Shown one piece after another: positions 19,587-30,073 of a DNA stretch of 64,000 nt; the first letter of the stretch is position 1, and each line of letters starts with the position of its first letter. The translations under genes were made by a program, and so were the position numbers. A model generated the notes under the pieces. It searched no databases. It was not told where the DNA came from and saw nothing but the letters and a program-made list of their open reading frames with translations. The DNA lies in assembly GCA_902779455.1 (NCBI GenBank), contig CACZBS010000015.1, positions 26,700 to 90,699 on the forward strand, read 5' to 3'. The DNA comes from an uncultured Prevotellaceae bacterium (GTDB lineage Bacteria; Bacteroidota; Bacteroidia; Bacteroidales; Bacteroidaceae).

Positions 19587-22500
19587 TCACTTACGGATGA
19601 CCTTGACGGTCTTGCCGTCGCTGGTCTGCATGATGAGCAGGCCTTTCTGCGACATGTCGGCGCGGCGGCCCTGCAGGTCGAAGAAGCGGGCGTTCTCAGC
19701 GTCGATGCTGACGTGGCTGATGCCGGTGGGCAGCATGGCCTCGAGGTCAGCGATGTACTGCTGGATGTCGAACCATCCGATGTTCGAGGTGTGCTCGATG
19801 CCGAGGCCGTGATAGACGCTCTGCACGCCGATCTTCTGCCATGTGGCGATCTCCTCGGCATTCCAGTTCAGATAGAACGTTTCGCCGCCGGCGTAGATGT
19901 CGTAGCCGTCGTCGTACATGTAGGGGATCTCCGTCATCTCGGTGGTGCCCTCAGGCATCTTGGTGTAGAGGTCGTTGGTGATGGTCAGCTTCTGCTCCAC
20001 GCCGTCCTTGTCGACGATGTAGACGATGTAGCCCAGCTTGTCGGTGACCATGCGCTCGCCATTGATGTCGACGGTGGGGATGTCGAACGAAACGTAGGGG
20101 AAGGTGCGGAACTGCAGTTCGGTGGATTCCTCACCGGGCGTATAGTACAGGGCGAAGATGTCGACCGAGGGATCTGCCGGTGTGGCCTCCTTCTCGATGA
20201 CCTTGGTCAGCTCGACGTCGGTGTACTCGTCCATGGTGTTGCCGTCCTCGTCGAAGCTGGTGAATCCTTCCTCGCTGGTGAACTTGAAGGCCTCGGCGTC
20301 GTATTTGAACGTGGCCGTGCCGAAGGTCATCTCGATCTCAACAACTGAGAATGTGTTCCAGTCTAAGTACTGATAGACGCCGAGATAGGTCTCGGGGATG
20401 GTGACGTTGCCGTCGCTGTCGATGGTGCCCTTCACCCAGGCCTCGGGCAGGAAGTAGCTCAGGCCCTGGAACCACACCTCGTTGTCGCCATAGAAGCCGA
20501 CCTGGACCTCACGTCCGCTCTCCTCTTCCTCCTCGTAGGTGTCGAAGCCCTTGAAGAGATAGGTCTCTGTGACGAGGTCCTCGGGAGCCACGAGCGGCTC
20601 TGGGAACTCGGGCATGAAGCTGGTGATCTGCAGGCCCGGCTCGTAGTAGTCGTAGACGCTGATTGTAGTGGCATTGGAGTTGAGCAGCACATACTGCTCG
20701 GTCGACAGGATGCCGGCCTCCTCCTGATAGGTGAAGGTCACGTCGCTGACGTTCTCGGCGTCTGACGTGCCGCAGAAGAACATGTCAACAGGCTCGCCGT
20801 TATTGTCGTATTCGCCATAGTACTGGCCGTTGGCGAAGGTGTAGGTGCCGTCGCCGTTGCTGGTGCCCATGACCCATGCCTCGGGCAGGTAGCTGTTGAG
20901 ACCCTGCACGTAGAGGTCGCTGCCGACGAAGGCCACGCTGACCTCGTCGCCCTTCACCTTGCCCGAATGGGCATTGGCGGTGAGATACCAGGTCTGGAGC
21001 TCGGCGCCCTCAGGCAGCACGACGACCTCGGGCTCTGCCTCGATGGTGTAGAAGAAGGCCTCGTCGTCGTTCTGCTCCATGGTGATGCTGTTCATGAACG
21101 TTCCCTTCGGGATGAGCAGGGCGTACTCGCCAGCCTCGGTGATGGCCTCGGCGAAGCTGATGTAGAGCTGCTTGCCGCCAATCTCATAGATAGGAGCGGT
21201 GGCGACGGGCTCGTCCCAGTTGTCGTCCTTGTAGAGCTCGGCCTTGGCGTTGTCGGCGTCGACGAGCTCGATCATGTAGTTGTTAAAGTCGACGGTGACG
21301 GTCTCAATGCTCTCCACGACGCCTTCCTTCGGGGTGACCTTCATGTCGGGCAGGATGACCTGTGAGGTCTTGAGGGTGATGTCGTCGACGACGAGGAAGA
21401 AGAAGTCGGAGCAGTCGAAGTGGCGGATGGCGACGTAGCCCTCAGCACCCTCGTAGCCGCTCAGGTCGACGGTGTACTCATGCCATTGGCCGGCGGCCTT
21501 GGCAGGCGAGCGGAAGGTGCCGCGGCCCACCTTGGCAGCGCGTGCGGCAGCCATGTCCCACTCCTGGACCTTCTCGAAGTCGGCAGGGTCGGTGTTGCCC
21601 TTCGTCGAGACGTAGACGCCGAAGTGCTCAGCGAAATATTTGGCATCCTGTGCGCAGCCATAGAAGGTGATGCTGCCGTCGAGCTTGACCTTCGGCGAGA
21701 CGAGGTAGTTGTCGGGCGTCAAGGGGCCTGCAGTGTTGTCGTAGCTCTGCGAGTAGACGGCATAGTCGCCCTCGCCTCCGCGGGCATTGATCTGCGCGCC
21801 GGAACCGATCGTCCAGTCGTAGCCGTCGCCGTCAGCGTCGATGGTGGTCCAGGGGTCGAGCGAGCCCTCGGCGAAGTCGTAGAAGCCCTCCGGTTTGGGT
21901 TCGGGAACCTTGGTGTAGACCACGTCGATCGAGACGATGCGTGCCTGCTTGCCGGTGGCGACGTCGAAGGCGGCCTTGTCGTTGATGAAGGTGACGTCGT
22001 TGGCCTTGCCTTCCCATGTGCCGGTGGCGCCGTCGACGGTGTAGGTCTCCACGTCGGTGCTCAGGTAGCCGTTATAGCTATCCGAGACGAAGTTGAGCAC
22101 GATCTTGTCGATGCTCTCCACGGCTTCACCGGCGGTGAAGGTGAACGAGTTGAGGTTGTAGACGCGCAGGGCCTTGCCCGAGTCGTAGTACTTGGCGGGG
22201 TTGGCGCTCTCGTTCTGCTCGAGCGTGACGCTGATGTTCTCGTCGATGTTGAACGACGCAATCACTTGTTCGTTCTCATATTTCTGCTCGGCTGCCACCC
22301 ATGAGGCCACGACCTGGCCAGGGCCATACTCGGGGGCAAACTCCTTGATGTCGTACCACTGGATCTCGGTCTCGTTCACTTCGTCGCCACCCTTGTAGAT
22401 GGACTTCACGCCGATGCGGTTGTAGTCAGAGAAGTCGTAGTTCAGGAAGACAAGCTTGTAGGCGCCGCTGACGTTGAAGTCGTAATCGTCATTGAACGTG

Positions 22501-23849
22501 TAGGGAATCTCGGTCATGTCCTCGGTCAGGTTCTCATAGAGGTCGGGCGTGAAGACGATGGGCTGCACGTCGTGCTCGATGTCGGAGAAGAGCTGGTAGT
22601 AGAGCTTCGACTCCTTGATCAAGTTGCCGTCGGCGTCGGTCGTGGGGATGTCGAGAGCCACGTAGCCGTAGCCCTTGCTGGCATTGTAGGCTCCCAGCTG
22701 ATAGACGGCGGGATAGGCCGGCACGGCTGCCACGTCGGGGATGACGGGGATGGCGAACTCAGAGCCGTCATTGAGCGTGATGGTGGTGTTGGCTTCGTAG
22801 ATACTAAATAGGGAGCCGCCCGTGGGCGAGTAGAGTGCCCAGTTGCCGTCGAAGGTGATGACGTTGGCGTCGACGTTTCCTGTGAAGGTGTTGACGTAAT
22901 AACTGCCGTTCTGGATCAGCAGGCCGGTAGTGTAGATTGCGCCGTACTGCTGGTCGTAGTAGTACATGTACTGCTCATTAACCACGCAGGAGGCGTCCTC
23001 CTTGATGGTGACGGTGATGGCTGTCTCCTGGCCTGCGAAGTTGAAGACCATGACGTTCTGGAGAGCCTCCTCGTCCTGGATGATGACCACGGGGAAGTCC
23101 TGTGCCTCGCCGTCAAGCTCTGCCACGTTCATCGTGCCGTTGGCGATCGTGACCACCGACTCGTAGATGTAGCCGGAGTACATGTAGCCGGCATACTGGC
23201 CGTCCTTGATGTAGTCGTACCACAGTCCGTCGACCACGAGAATGCCCGTAGAGCTGATGTAGGCCGTGAGGGGGTTTTCGTCCACGGCGTTGCCCAGCAC
23301 GACGGTGCCTTTATCGGTCACGGCCAGGGTCTGGCCCAGCTCGATGGTTGCCTGGGCGACAAAGCCCTGAGCGAGGAGCTCCTCGTCGGTCAGCGGGGCA
23401 ACCTTGGCGGTGATTGCCTGGTCAGCGTAGGAGGTGAAGCCCTCGATGGCCACCGTCTCGTCGTCGACTTTGGTGACGCTGATGGGCCAGCCGCCAGCGG
23501 CGGGCTCGCCGTCGAGAACCTCGCCTTCGTCGTTGGTCTCATAGTAGCTCGAGACGAGCATCAGCTGCCCGTCGATGTTTGCCAGCCCGTCGAGGATGCC
23601 GGCCTTGCGGGGTGCCTTCTTAGCCTTGGCGGCCGTGCGTGCGGCCGTGTACAGCTTGCTGTGCGCGGGAGCCTGGACGGCCTTGCCGGCAAACTGCTTC
23701 GGGGTCACCTGCTTCTGCATGGGCACCAGCGAGCGCATGGTCAGCTCGGCTTTCTTCTTCGGCGTGAATGCCGAGCCGCTGGCCGGCACGCCTGCCCATG
23801 ATGTCACGGCCATGAGGGCTGCGATGAGCATCAATGTAAACTTTTTCAT
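19587..23849 (-). CDS. Large T9SS-secreted adhesin-like protein with cleaved-adhesin (choice-of-anchor J) domain and duplicated modules
   Basis: Signal peptide; WTTIDADGDG...SQSY...LTPDNYLVSP...YVAIRHF adhesin motif; CTD TGISHV...FDLQGRR...KGLLI...KTVKVIRK. Confidence 0.85.
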   Translation of the reverse strand: MKKFTLMLIAALMAVTSWAGVPASGSAFTPKKKAELTMRSLVPMQKQVTPKQFAGKAVQAPAHSKLYTAARTAAKAKKAPRKAGILDGLANIDGQLMLVSSYYETNDEGEVLDGEPAAGGWPISVTKVDDETVAIEGFTSYADQAITAKVAPLTDEELLAQGFVAQATIELGQTLAVTDKGTVVLGNAVDENPLTAYISSTGILVVDGLWYDYIKDGQYAGYMYSGYIYESVVTIANGTMNVAELDGEAQDFPVVIIQDEEALQNVMVFNFAGQETAITVTIKEDASCVVNEQYMYYYDQQYGAIYTTGLLIQNGSYYVNTFTGNVDANVITFDGNWALYSPTGGSLFSIYEANTTITLNDGSEFAIPVIPDVAAVPAYPAVYQLGAYNASKGYGYVALDIPTTDADGNLIKESKLYYQLFSDIEHDVQPIVFTPDLYENLTEDMTEIPYTFNDDYDFNVSGAYKLVFLNYDFSDYNRIGVKSIYKGGDEVNETEIQWYDIKEFAPEYGPGQVVASWVAAEQKYENEQVIASFNIDENISVTLEQNESANPAKYYDSGKALRVYNLNSFTFTAGEAVESIDKIVLNFVSDSYNGYLSTDVETYTVDGATGTWEGKANDVTFINDKAAFDVATGKQARIVSIDVVYTKVPEPKPEGFYDFAEGSLDPWTTIDADGDGYDWTIGSGAQINARGGEGDYAVYSQSYDNTAGPLTPDNYLVSPKVKLDGSITFYGCAQDAKYFAEHFGVYVSTKGNTDPADFEKVQEWDMAAARAAKVGRGTFRSPAKAAGQWHEYTVDLSGYEGAEGYVAIRHFDCSDFFFLVVDDITLKTSQVILPDMKVTPKEGVVESIETVTVDFNNYMIELVDADNAKAELYKDDNWDEPVATAPIYEIGGKQLYISFAEAITEAGEYALLIPKGTFMNSITMEQNDDEAFFYTIEAEPEVVVLPEGAELQTWYLTANAHSGKVKGDEVSVAFVGSDLYVQGLNSYLPEAWVMGTSNGDGTYTFANGQYYGEYDNNGEPVDMFFCGTSDAENVSDVTFTYQEEAGILSTEQYVLLNSNATTISVYDYYEPGLQITSFMPEFPEPLVAPEDLVTETYLFKGFDTYEEEEESGREVQVGFYGDNEVWFQGLSYFLPEAWVKGTIDSDGNVTIPETYLGVYQYLDWNTFSVVEIEMTFGTATFKYDAEAFKFTSEEGFTSFDEDGNTMDEYTDVELTKVIEKEATPADPSVDIFALYYTPGEESTELQFRTFPYVSFDIPTVDINGERMVTDKLGYIVYIVDKDGVEQKLTITNDLYTKMPEGTTEMTEIPYMYDDGYDIYAGGETFYLNWNAEEIATWQKIGVQSVYHGLGIEHTSNIGWFDIQQYIADLEAMLPTGISHVSIDAENARFFDLQGRRADMSQKGLLIMQTSDGKTVKVIRK

Positions 23850-24158
23850 AAGCTTTTGTTTTTTGTTAATAATGTTAATATATATAATATGATTTTAAGT
23901 TTTTCGGAGCAATAACTTCGGCAAAGATAAACAATTTATTTTAATTGACCTAATAATTATTAAAAAAACTTGCTAAAATTAGGCAAATTAAGAAAAAATG
24001 TAAGAATTATCCGAATCCGTCGATGATTCCGAAACGGCGCTTCGCCGCCCCCGTTTCGGTGGTTCTCAAACAGATAAACGGCCCTTCTCGAAAGTAATAT
24101 AGGGGTATATTACCTCCGAAAAGGGCCGTTTCGCGGTTTTTAAGGCTTCTGTTTCGGC

Positions 24159-24235
24159 TATGAGAAAGCTTGGAGTGGAAGCTACCGTTATAAGAAAGCT
24201 TGGAGTGGAAGCTGTCGCTATAAAAAGCTTGGAGT
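24159..24235 (+). repeat. 30-nt tandem repeat, about 2.6 copies
   Basis: tat(g/a)agaaagcttggagtggaagct units starting at 24159, 24189 and 24219. Confidence 0.8.
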
Positions 24236-24240
24236 AAAAA

Positions 24241-24398
24241 TTAGAGACCCCACCCCCAACCCCTCCCCTTGAAGGGAGGGGAGTAAGCCTCCCCCGACCC
24301 CTCCGAAGGAGGAGAGTGGCTCCCGCACTGCTCGCCGCGGATGACGGCGCAGCTGCTCCCCTCCCTTCAAGGGGAGGGGTTGGGGGTGGGGTCTCTAA
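24241..24398. repeat. MITE/REP-like element copy B
   Basis: Same terminal inverted repeats as copy A; interior inverted relative to A. Confidence 0.9.
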
Positions 24399-24402
24399 CT
24401 TT

Positions 24403-24446
24403 AAAAAGAAGCTTCTTGCAATTATCGGACGTTGCAAGAAGCTTCT
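24403..24446 (-). terminator. Intrinsic terminator of the S46 peptidase gene
   Basis: 15-bp stem agaagcttcttgcaa/ttgcaagaagcttct followed by a T-run on the minus strand. Confidence 0.75.
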
Positions 24447-24481
24447 CTCAATGATCAGTCGTTAAAGAACCTTTCTCGGAG

Positions 24482-26560
24482 TTATCTGGCGTTGATCTCC
24501 TGGATCAGGCGGTCGGCATGACCCCAGCGGTCCATCATGTAGAGGACGTAGCGCATGTCGACGCCGATGCAGCGGGCGAGCTTCGAGTCGAAGAAGATGT
24601 CGCTGGAGAGCGAGTCCCAGTTGCCGTCGAAGGCCAGGCCGATGAGCTGGTTGCGACCGTCGAACATGGGTGAGCCGGAGTTGCCGCCCGTGATGTCGTT
24701 GGTGGTGAGGAAGCAGAGGGGCATGTCGCCGGCCTCCTGCATCAGGGTGAGCATCTCGGGCTCAGCCTTGTAATCTTCGATGGAATCGGCCTTTTTCATC
24801 TTCTCGACGATGCTCGGGGCCGTGGTCTGCCATCCCGAGGGGCGACCGCCCAGGGTGTATTCCTTCACCTGTCCGTACGACATGCGGAGGGTGAAGTTGG
24901 CGTCGCTGTAGTGGGGCTGGTCCTGCTCCATGCGCAGCTTGGCGTCGCAGAGGTAGTGCTCCTGCTGGTCGATGGTGTCGCTGATGGCCTCGATGGCGGT
25001 GCGCAGGTCGGCCATGTAGGTGGTCAGGCTCAGTCCGTAGCGCACGCCGAGGTCCTTGAGGAACGACTTCTTGTTGACGTAGATGCGCTTGCCCTTCTTC
25101 AGCAGCTTGGACTGGCTGTAGAGGGCGTCGGCGAAAGCCTGGCAGTCGCCGCCAAACTCGCGGTCGATGATCTCCGTGTAGAAGTCGGGCAGCTCCTCGG
25201 CCGGCAGGTTGCGGCGCATGTTGACGAGCAGGGTGCCGAGCGTCTCGCGGTCGGTGTCGAGGTCCCATGTGTCGCTGTTGTCCTGGAACTCGACGTACTG
25301 GCGCTTGCCCTTGCCCTTGGGGCTCATGCCGTTGTGGACGCGGAGGGCGCGGGCCGACAGCTCGTCGGTGCGGCGGAAGGTCTCGATGAAGTTCATGTAG
25401 CGCTTCATCACGGGGATGCGGCCCTCGCGGTAGAGTCGGGCGAGCTTCCCGATGTCGAGCTTGTCCTTGAGGTAGCCCGTCTTCTGCTGCCACGACTGCA
25501 GCTCCGACTCGAAGTGCTGCTTCTGACGGATGAGTCCGATGCTGTCGATGCACTTGTTCATGCCGATGGAGTTCTTCCAGTAGTTCGACGACTGGGCGTA
25601 CTTCGAGTCATACTTGATGCGGACGGTCTGCTGGGCGTCCATGTGGCGCTTCATCACCTCCTGCTTCACGCCGCGCACCTGCGCCCGGATGGCGTTCTGC
25701 ACGTAGCGCTCCTCGATGCCCATGCTCGACAGGTAGCGGCTCGTCGAGCCGGGGTAGCCCATGGTCATCGAGAACGAGCCCTCGCGATAGCCGTCCTTCG
25801 AGACACGGGCCCAGTGCTCGGGGTGGTAGGGCACGTTGTCCTTCGAGTATTCGGCGGGGCCGCCCGTCGTGGGGTCGCAGTAGATGCGGAAGACGGAGAA
25901 GTCGCACGTCTGGCGCGGCCACATCCAGTTGTCGGTCTCGCCGCCGAACTTGCCCATCGACTTGGGGATGGTGAAGACGAGCCGCACGTCGGTGAAGTCG
26001 CGATAGGTCGTCGCGTAGTATCGGTTGCGCTCGTAGAAGGCCTTCAGCTCCAGGCGCAGCGTCGGGTCCTTCTCCTTCGCCTCCTTCGACATCGCGTTCT
26101 CGATGGAATCGAGGAAAATCGTGCGCTGCTCGGCCGTCATCTCCTCCAGACCCTGGGCCATGAGCTCATCGGTGACGTCGCGCTGCTCGACCATGAACGA
26201 GACGAACATGTTCTTGTTGGGCAGCTCTTCCTCGAACGAGCGGGCGTAGAATCCGTCGCGCATGTAGTCGTGTTCGGCCGTCGAGTGCGAGCGGATGGCC
26301 TCGAAGCCGCAGTGGTGATTGGTGAAGACGAGGCCGTCCTTCGAGACGACCACGCCCGAGCAGTAGCCCGAGAAGTTGACCACGCTTTTCATGATCGCGT
26401 CGTCGGCCTTGTAGAGCTTGTCGTAGGGCAGCTCGTAGCCCTCTGCCTTCATCTGCTCGTAGACAGCCTGCGGCAGGTCGTAGAGCGTCCACATGCCCTC
26501 GTCGGCAGTGGCGGTGAGTGCCATTGTCAGGGCAGCTAAGGTAACAAAAGTTTTCTTCAT
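24482..26560 (-). CDS. S46 dipeptidyl peptidase (DPP7-like)
   Basis: DEGMW, TNHHC, DNWMWPR and DITGGNSGSP motifs; AFDGNW has Gly at the S1 position, as in DPP7 rather than DPP11. Confidence 0.93.
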   Translation of the reverse strand: MKKTFVTLAALTMALTATADEGMWTLYDLPQAVYEQMKAEGYELPYDKLYKADDAIMKSVVNFSGYCSGVVVSKDGLVFTNHHCGFEAIRSHSTAEHDYMRDGFYARSFEEELPNKNMFVSFMVEQRDVTDELMAQGLEEMTAEQRTIFLDSIENAMSKEAKEKDPTLRLELKAFYERNRYYATTYRDFTDVRLVFTIPKSMGKFGGETDNWMWPRQTCDFSVFRIYCDPTTGGPAEYSKDNVPYHPEHWARVSKDGYREGSFSMTMGYPGSTSRYLSSMGIEERYVQNAIRAQVRGVKQEVMKRHMDAQQTVRIKYDSKYAQSSNYWKNSIGMNKCIDSIGLIRQKQHFESELQSWQQKTGYLKDKLDIGKLARLYREGRIPVMKRYMNFIETFRRTDELSARALRVHNGMSPKGKGKRQYVEFQDNSDTWDLDTDRETLGTLLVNMRRNLPAEELPDFYTEIIDREFGGDCQAFADALYSQSKLLKKGKRIYVNKKSFLKDLGVRYGLSLTTYMADLRTAIEAISDTIDQQEHYLCDAKLRMEQDQPHYSDANFTLRMSYGQVKEYTLGGRPSGWQTTAPSIVEKMKKADSIEDYKAEPEMLTLMQEAGDMPLCFLTTNDITGGNSGSPMFDGRNQLIGLAFDGNWDSLSSDIFFDSKLARCIGVDMRYVLYMMDRWGHADRLIQEINAR

Positions 26561-26833
26561 TTTGTGATTGTTTTTATATATTATAGGTATATTGCATAAG
26601 TTTGGGGGTGCAAAAGTACGAAAAAAATCCCACTATTTTCGTGGGACGGCTCCTAAAACTGACGGCTGTTAAGTGTTTTTAGTAATTTTAAGGATTGACG
26701 GTCGGCTATAATTTTGGCCGGAATTTGGGCAATTTTGGCCGAAATGAACTGAATAATGGCCAAAATTCTGACTGGCCGCGGCCGTGTTCCTCTCTCAGCG
26801 TGTGGCTTTCGGGGCCTTGCCGCGCCGCTCTGT

Positions 26834-28327
26834 TCACTCGTTCTGGCGGGCCAGCTGCTGATAGACCGAGGGCGTCATGCCGCAGACACGCTTGAAGGCC
26901 CTGATGAAGCTGTTGGCGTTGTTGTAGCCTACGCTCTCGTAGATGGCCTGAATGGTGAAGTGGCCGAAGTGGTCGGTGTCGGTCAGTCGGCGGCAGGCCT
27001 CGTTGATGCGATACTCGTTGAGCAGCGTCTTGAAGTTTTTGCCGTAGGTCTCGTTGATGACCCACGAGACATACGACGTGTTCGACTTGACCATCGTGGC
27101 CAGCGTCTGCTGGTTGAAGTCGGGGTTCGATATGATGTTCGGGTCGCTCATTACGCTCAGGATGCGCTTCAGCAGCAGTGCCGCTGCGTCGGGCGTCATG
27201 GTCGCCTGACGTGTGGCGTCGGCCGGTTGTTCCATGTCTTCTGTCTGAGCGTCGGTGCCGTTCAGGTAGCTGCCGAGCATTTCGCGCTGTCGCTGGCTCT
27301 GCTCGGCCAGCTGCCTGTTTTTCTCGATGAGCAGCATCTGCGCCTGGCGCAGGTGGCGGTTTTTGCGGGCGATGACGATGCTGAAGACTCCCAGCACGGC
27401 CAGCAGCACCGACGCGCTGATGGTGAGCCAGGCACCCCGCGACAGCCGGTGGTCGAGCTCTTCGATGTGGGCCGTCTTCAGGCGGTCTTCCAGCTGGGCA
27501 TGGTGGAAGCGTGCGTCGTTGAACTTGCGCTGGTTGTATACCGAGTCGTTCAGTGCCACGTAGAGCTCGCGGTAGCGGTCGGCCTGGCTCTGGCGGCCCG
27601 TCATGGCATAGGCGTCGGTCAGCATCTTGTAGGCGTTCACCAGCAGTTCGCCGCTGCCCAGCCGTCGGGCTTCGTCTTCGCAGCGATGTCCCAGGGCGAT
27701 GGCCTCGTCGTAGTGGCCCGTCTTGACGTAGATGTTGCCTATCTCGCTCTGCTGGTAGAGCAGGTAGTGGTCGTCCATGCCTCGGCGGCGGGCGTAGTCC
27801 TCGGCCCGACGGTGGGCGGCGATAGCCTGCTCGTAGTTCTTTTCCGCTGTGCAGATGCGTGCCTCGTTGTAGTAGACGTAGTATTGCCAGTAGTCATACT
27901 TCTCGCGGCTCACGTTGCGTTTCTCCATTTCATAGTAGCGGTGGGCATTCTCCATGTCGCCCAGTCGGCAGAAGCCCACCACGATGTTTGGCAGCAGGTT
28001 GGCTTGTGCGCTGGCGTCGCCCATCCCGGCGGCCACCTCGTAAGCCCTTAGGAAAGAGTCGGTCGACGTGAGGTAGTCGCCAAAGGCGTCGTAGATGATG
28101 CCAATGTCGCAGTAGCATATCATCTGCGACTGCTTGTCGTCTTCTTCCACGGCTGTCTTCAGTGCACTGATATAAATGTCGAGCGCGTCCGACAGACGGT
28201 CGGCCTTGTAGAGGGCACTGGCCTGGTCGGTGAGCTGACGGGCTTTCGTGCCGCCCCATGTTGCCGTCGCGGTGAGAATCAGCAGCACAACAATGCAAAG
28301 TCTGCGTAAATAATCCTGCATAAGCAT
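26834..28327 (-). CDS. Membrane-spanning TPR-TM-AraC transcriptional regulator
   Basis: Signal-like N-terminus, TPR-like helices, TM segment (WLTISASVLLAVLGVFSIVI) and AraC HTH (LNEYRINEAC...ESVGYNNANSFIRAFKRVCGMTPS). Confidence 0.88.
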   Translation of the reverse strand: MLMQDYLRRLCIVVLLILTATATWGGTKARQLTDQASALYKADRLSDALDIYISALKTAVEEDDKQSQMICYCDIGIIYDAFGDYLTSTDSFLRAYEVAAGMGDASAQANLLPNIVVGFCRLGDMENAHRYYEMEKRNVSREKYDYWQYYVYYNEARICTAEKNYEQAIAAHRRAEDYARRRGMDDHYLLYQQSEIGNIYVKTGHYDEAIALGHRCEDEARRLGSGELLVNAYKMLTDAYAMTGRQSQADRYRELYVALNDSVYNQRKFNDARFHHAQLEDRLKTAHIEELDHRLSRGAWLTISASVLLAVLGVFSIVIARKNRHLRQAQMLLIEKNRQLAEQSQRQREMLGSYLNGTDAQTEDMEQPADATRQATMTPDAAALLLKRILSVMSDPNIISNPDFNQQTLATMVKSNTSYVSWVINETYGKNFKTLLNEYRINEACRRLTDTDHFGHFTIQAIYESVGYNNANSFIRAFKRVCGMTPSVYQQLARQNE

Positions 28328-28493
28328 TCTGCGTTTGGAAATGCAAAATTACAAAAAGATAGCGATAAAAACCGCCGAAAATTGCTCTTTTTGTTTTATT
28401 TTTTATAAAATGTAAAACATCTACAAGGAGTTTGTTGCAGGTTTGTGGATAAAGTTTCGTATATTTGCAATCGAAACAAAAGAATCAAAGCCT

Positions 28494-30056
28494 ATGAATA
28501 AAATGTCTGTTATCCTGACCGGTCTCGCCTGTCTTGCGGCGGGCGTGGTTCAGGCGTATGAAGTGAGCACTGCCCAGGAGAAGAAAAACGTGCTGATGGA
28601 AGCTTTCACCGGCACGGGGTGCTACTACTGCACCGACGGGCATGCCATCAGTCAGCGCATGACCGAGGTGTGGCCCGGCCGCGTCTTTGCCGTCAACGTG
28701 CATACCGGCAGCCTCGCAGGTGCCTATACCACAAAGGACGGCGACAATATCGGGGCCTATGTGAACTGCGAGTCGCAGGGCTATCCCTGCGGCGACGTCA
28801 ACCGCCGCAACTTCGGCGGCGAGACCATGCTCATGGGGCGAGGTCTCTGGCAGCTGGCCGCCTGGTCAGTGCTGCAGGAGGATGCCCCCGTCAATCTGCT
28901 GATGAAGAGCCAGGTGGACGGCGACACGCGCCTGCTCACCATCCACATTGAAGGCTATTGCACCGCCACGCCTGCCGACCCTCTGCGGCTCAGCGTGCTG
29001 CTCTTGCAAGACAACGTGTGGGGCTATCAGAACGGCCCTGAGAGCGGCGACTACTGCCACATGCACATGCTGCGCAAATACATCAGCGACCTCTGGGGCG
29101 ACGCTCTGGGCGAGCTCGCCAAGGGCGACTACTTCAGCCGCGACTACACCTACGAACTGCCCGCCGTCATCGGCGACGTCGACGTGAAGCCCGAGGACAT
29201 CCAGCTGGTGGCCTTCGTGGGCAATGGCCGCTCAGACATACAGCAGGTGACGGGCGGCAAGCCTGAGTACGTAAACTGCCAGCTGCCCTTCGGCGTGGCG
29301 CTGAAGGAGCCCCGCATCCCTCTCTACAACCACTACGGCTTCCAGTTCTTTGAGGCTCAGCTGCAGAATCTTTGCGATGAAACCGTGGAAAACTGCACTT
29401 TCGAGGTCACTGTCGGCAAGAAGACGGAGAGTGTGGACGTAGCCTGCCACATCGACCGCTTTGGCCTGGCCTTGGCCACCATCCCCTTCACTTATGAATA
29501 CAGCGTGCGCGGCACCACCAAGTATAGCCTCACACTCGTCGAGGCTAACGGCAAACCCGTGGAGCGGCAGACGCTCAGCGGGCAGTTCGTGAAGCCTTAT
29601 GCCGCCACGGCTACCGTGCGTGTCGTGGTGCAGACCGACGACCGTAGCTGGCAGAACACCGTCAGCATCCGCGATGCCATGGGCAACGCGGTGTGGCAGG
29701 CCGACCTACCTGAGGCCGATGGGGCCAGTCTGATTGACCAGACTGTCAGTCTGGAGCCCGGGCAGAACTACTGCTTAGAGGTGACCGACGCGTGGGGCGA
29801 CGGCGCCTATGCCGGAACGACGGGCTATGTAGAGCTGCGCGATGATGCCGGCATGCTCATCGACAAGCAGTATATCAATGGCTTCGGCATGCGCACATTC
29901 TTCACCACACCACAAGCCAGCGCCATCGGCAACCTGCCCTTTGGGGCCCCCGCAGCGCCGCGTCTGTTCGCCCCCGACGGTCGCCAGGCCCATCGCAGCA
30001 GTGGGCTGCTCATAGAGCGCAACAGCGATGGAACCGCAAGAAAACTCATAAAGTAA
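28494..30056 (+). CDS. Omp28-related protein (thioredoxin-like CxxC) with CTD-like tail
   Basis: KKNVLMEAFTGTGCYYCTDG, VNVHTG, GYP, NRR and HMHMLR motifs; start reassigned to ATG 28494. Confidence 0.85.
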   Translation: MNKMSVILTGLACLAAGVVQAYEVSTAQEKKNVLMEAFTGTGCYYCTDGHAISQRMTEVWPGRVFAVNVHTGSLAGAYTTKDGDNIGAYVNCESQGYPCGDVNRRNFGGETMLMGRGLWQLAAWSVLQEDAPVNLLMKSQVDGDTRLLTIHIEGYCTATPADPLRLSVLLLQDNVWGYQNGPESGDYCHMHMLRKYISDLWGDALGELAKGDYFSRDYTYELPAVIGDVDVKPEDIQLVAFVGNGRSDIQQVTGGKPEYVNCQLPFGVALKEPRIPLYNHYGFQFFEAQLQNLCDETVENCTFEVTVGKKTESVDVACHIDRFGLALATIPFTYEYSVRGTTKYSLTLVEANGKPVERQTLSGQFVKPYAATATVRVVVQTDDRSWQNTVSIRDAMGNAVWQADLPEADGASLIDQTVSLEPGQNYCLEVTDAWGDGAYAGTTGYVELRDDAGMLIDKQYINGFGMRTFFTTPQASAIGNLPFGAPAAPRLFAPDGRQAHRSSGLLIERNSDGTARKLIK

Positions 30057-30073
30057 CTAAATAAATAGCAATC

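Noticed and set aside
24159-24235. 30-nt repeats as a mini-CRISPR
   Set aside because: Head-to-tail tandem units without 25-40-nt unique spacers; no cas genes.
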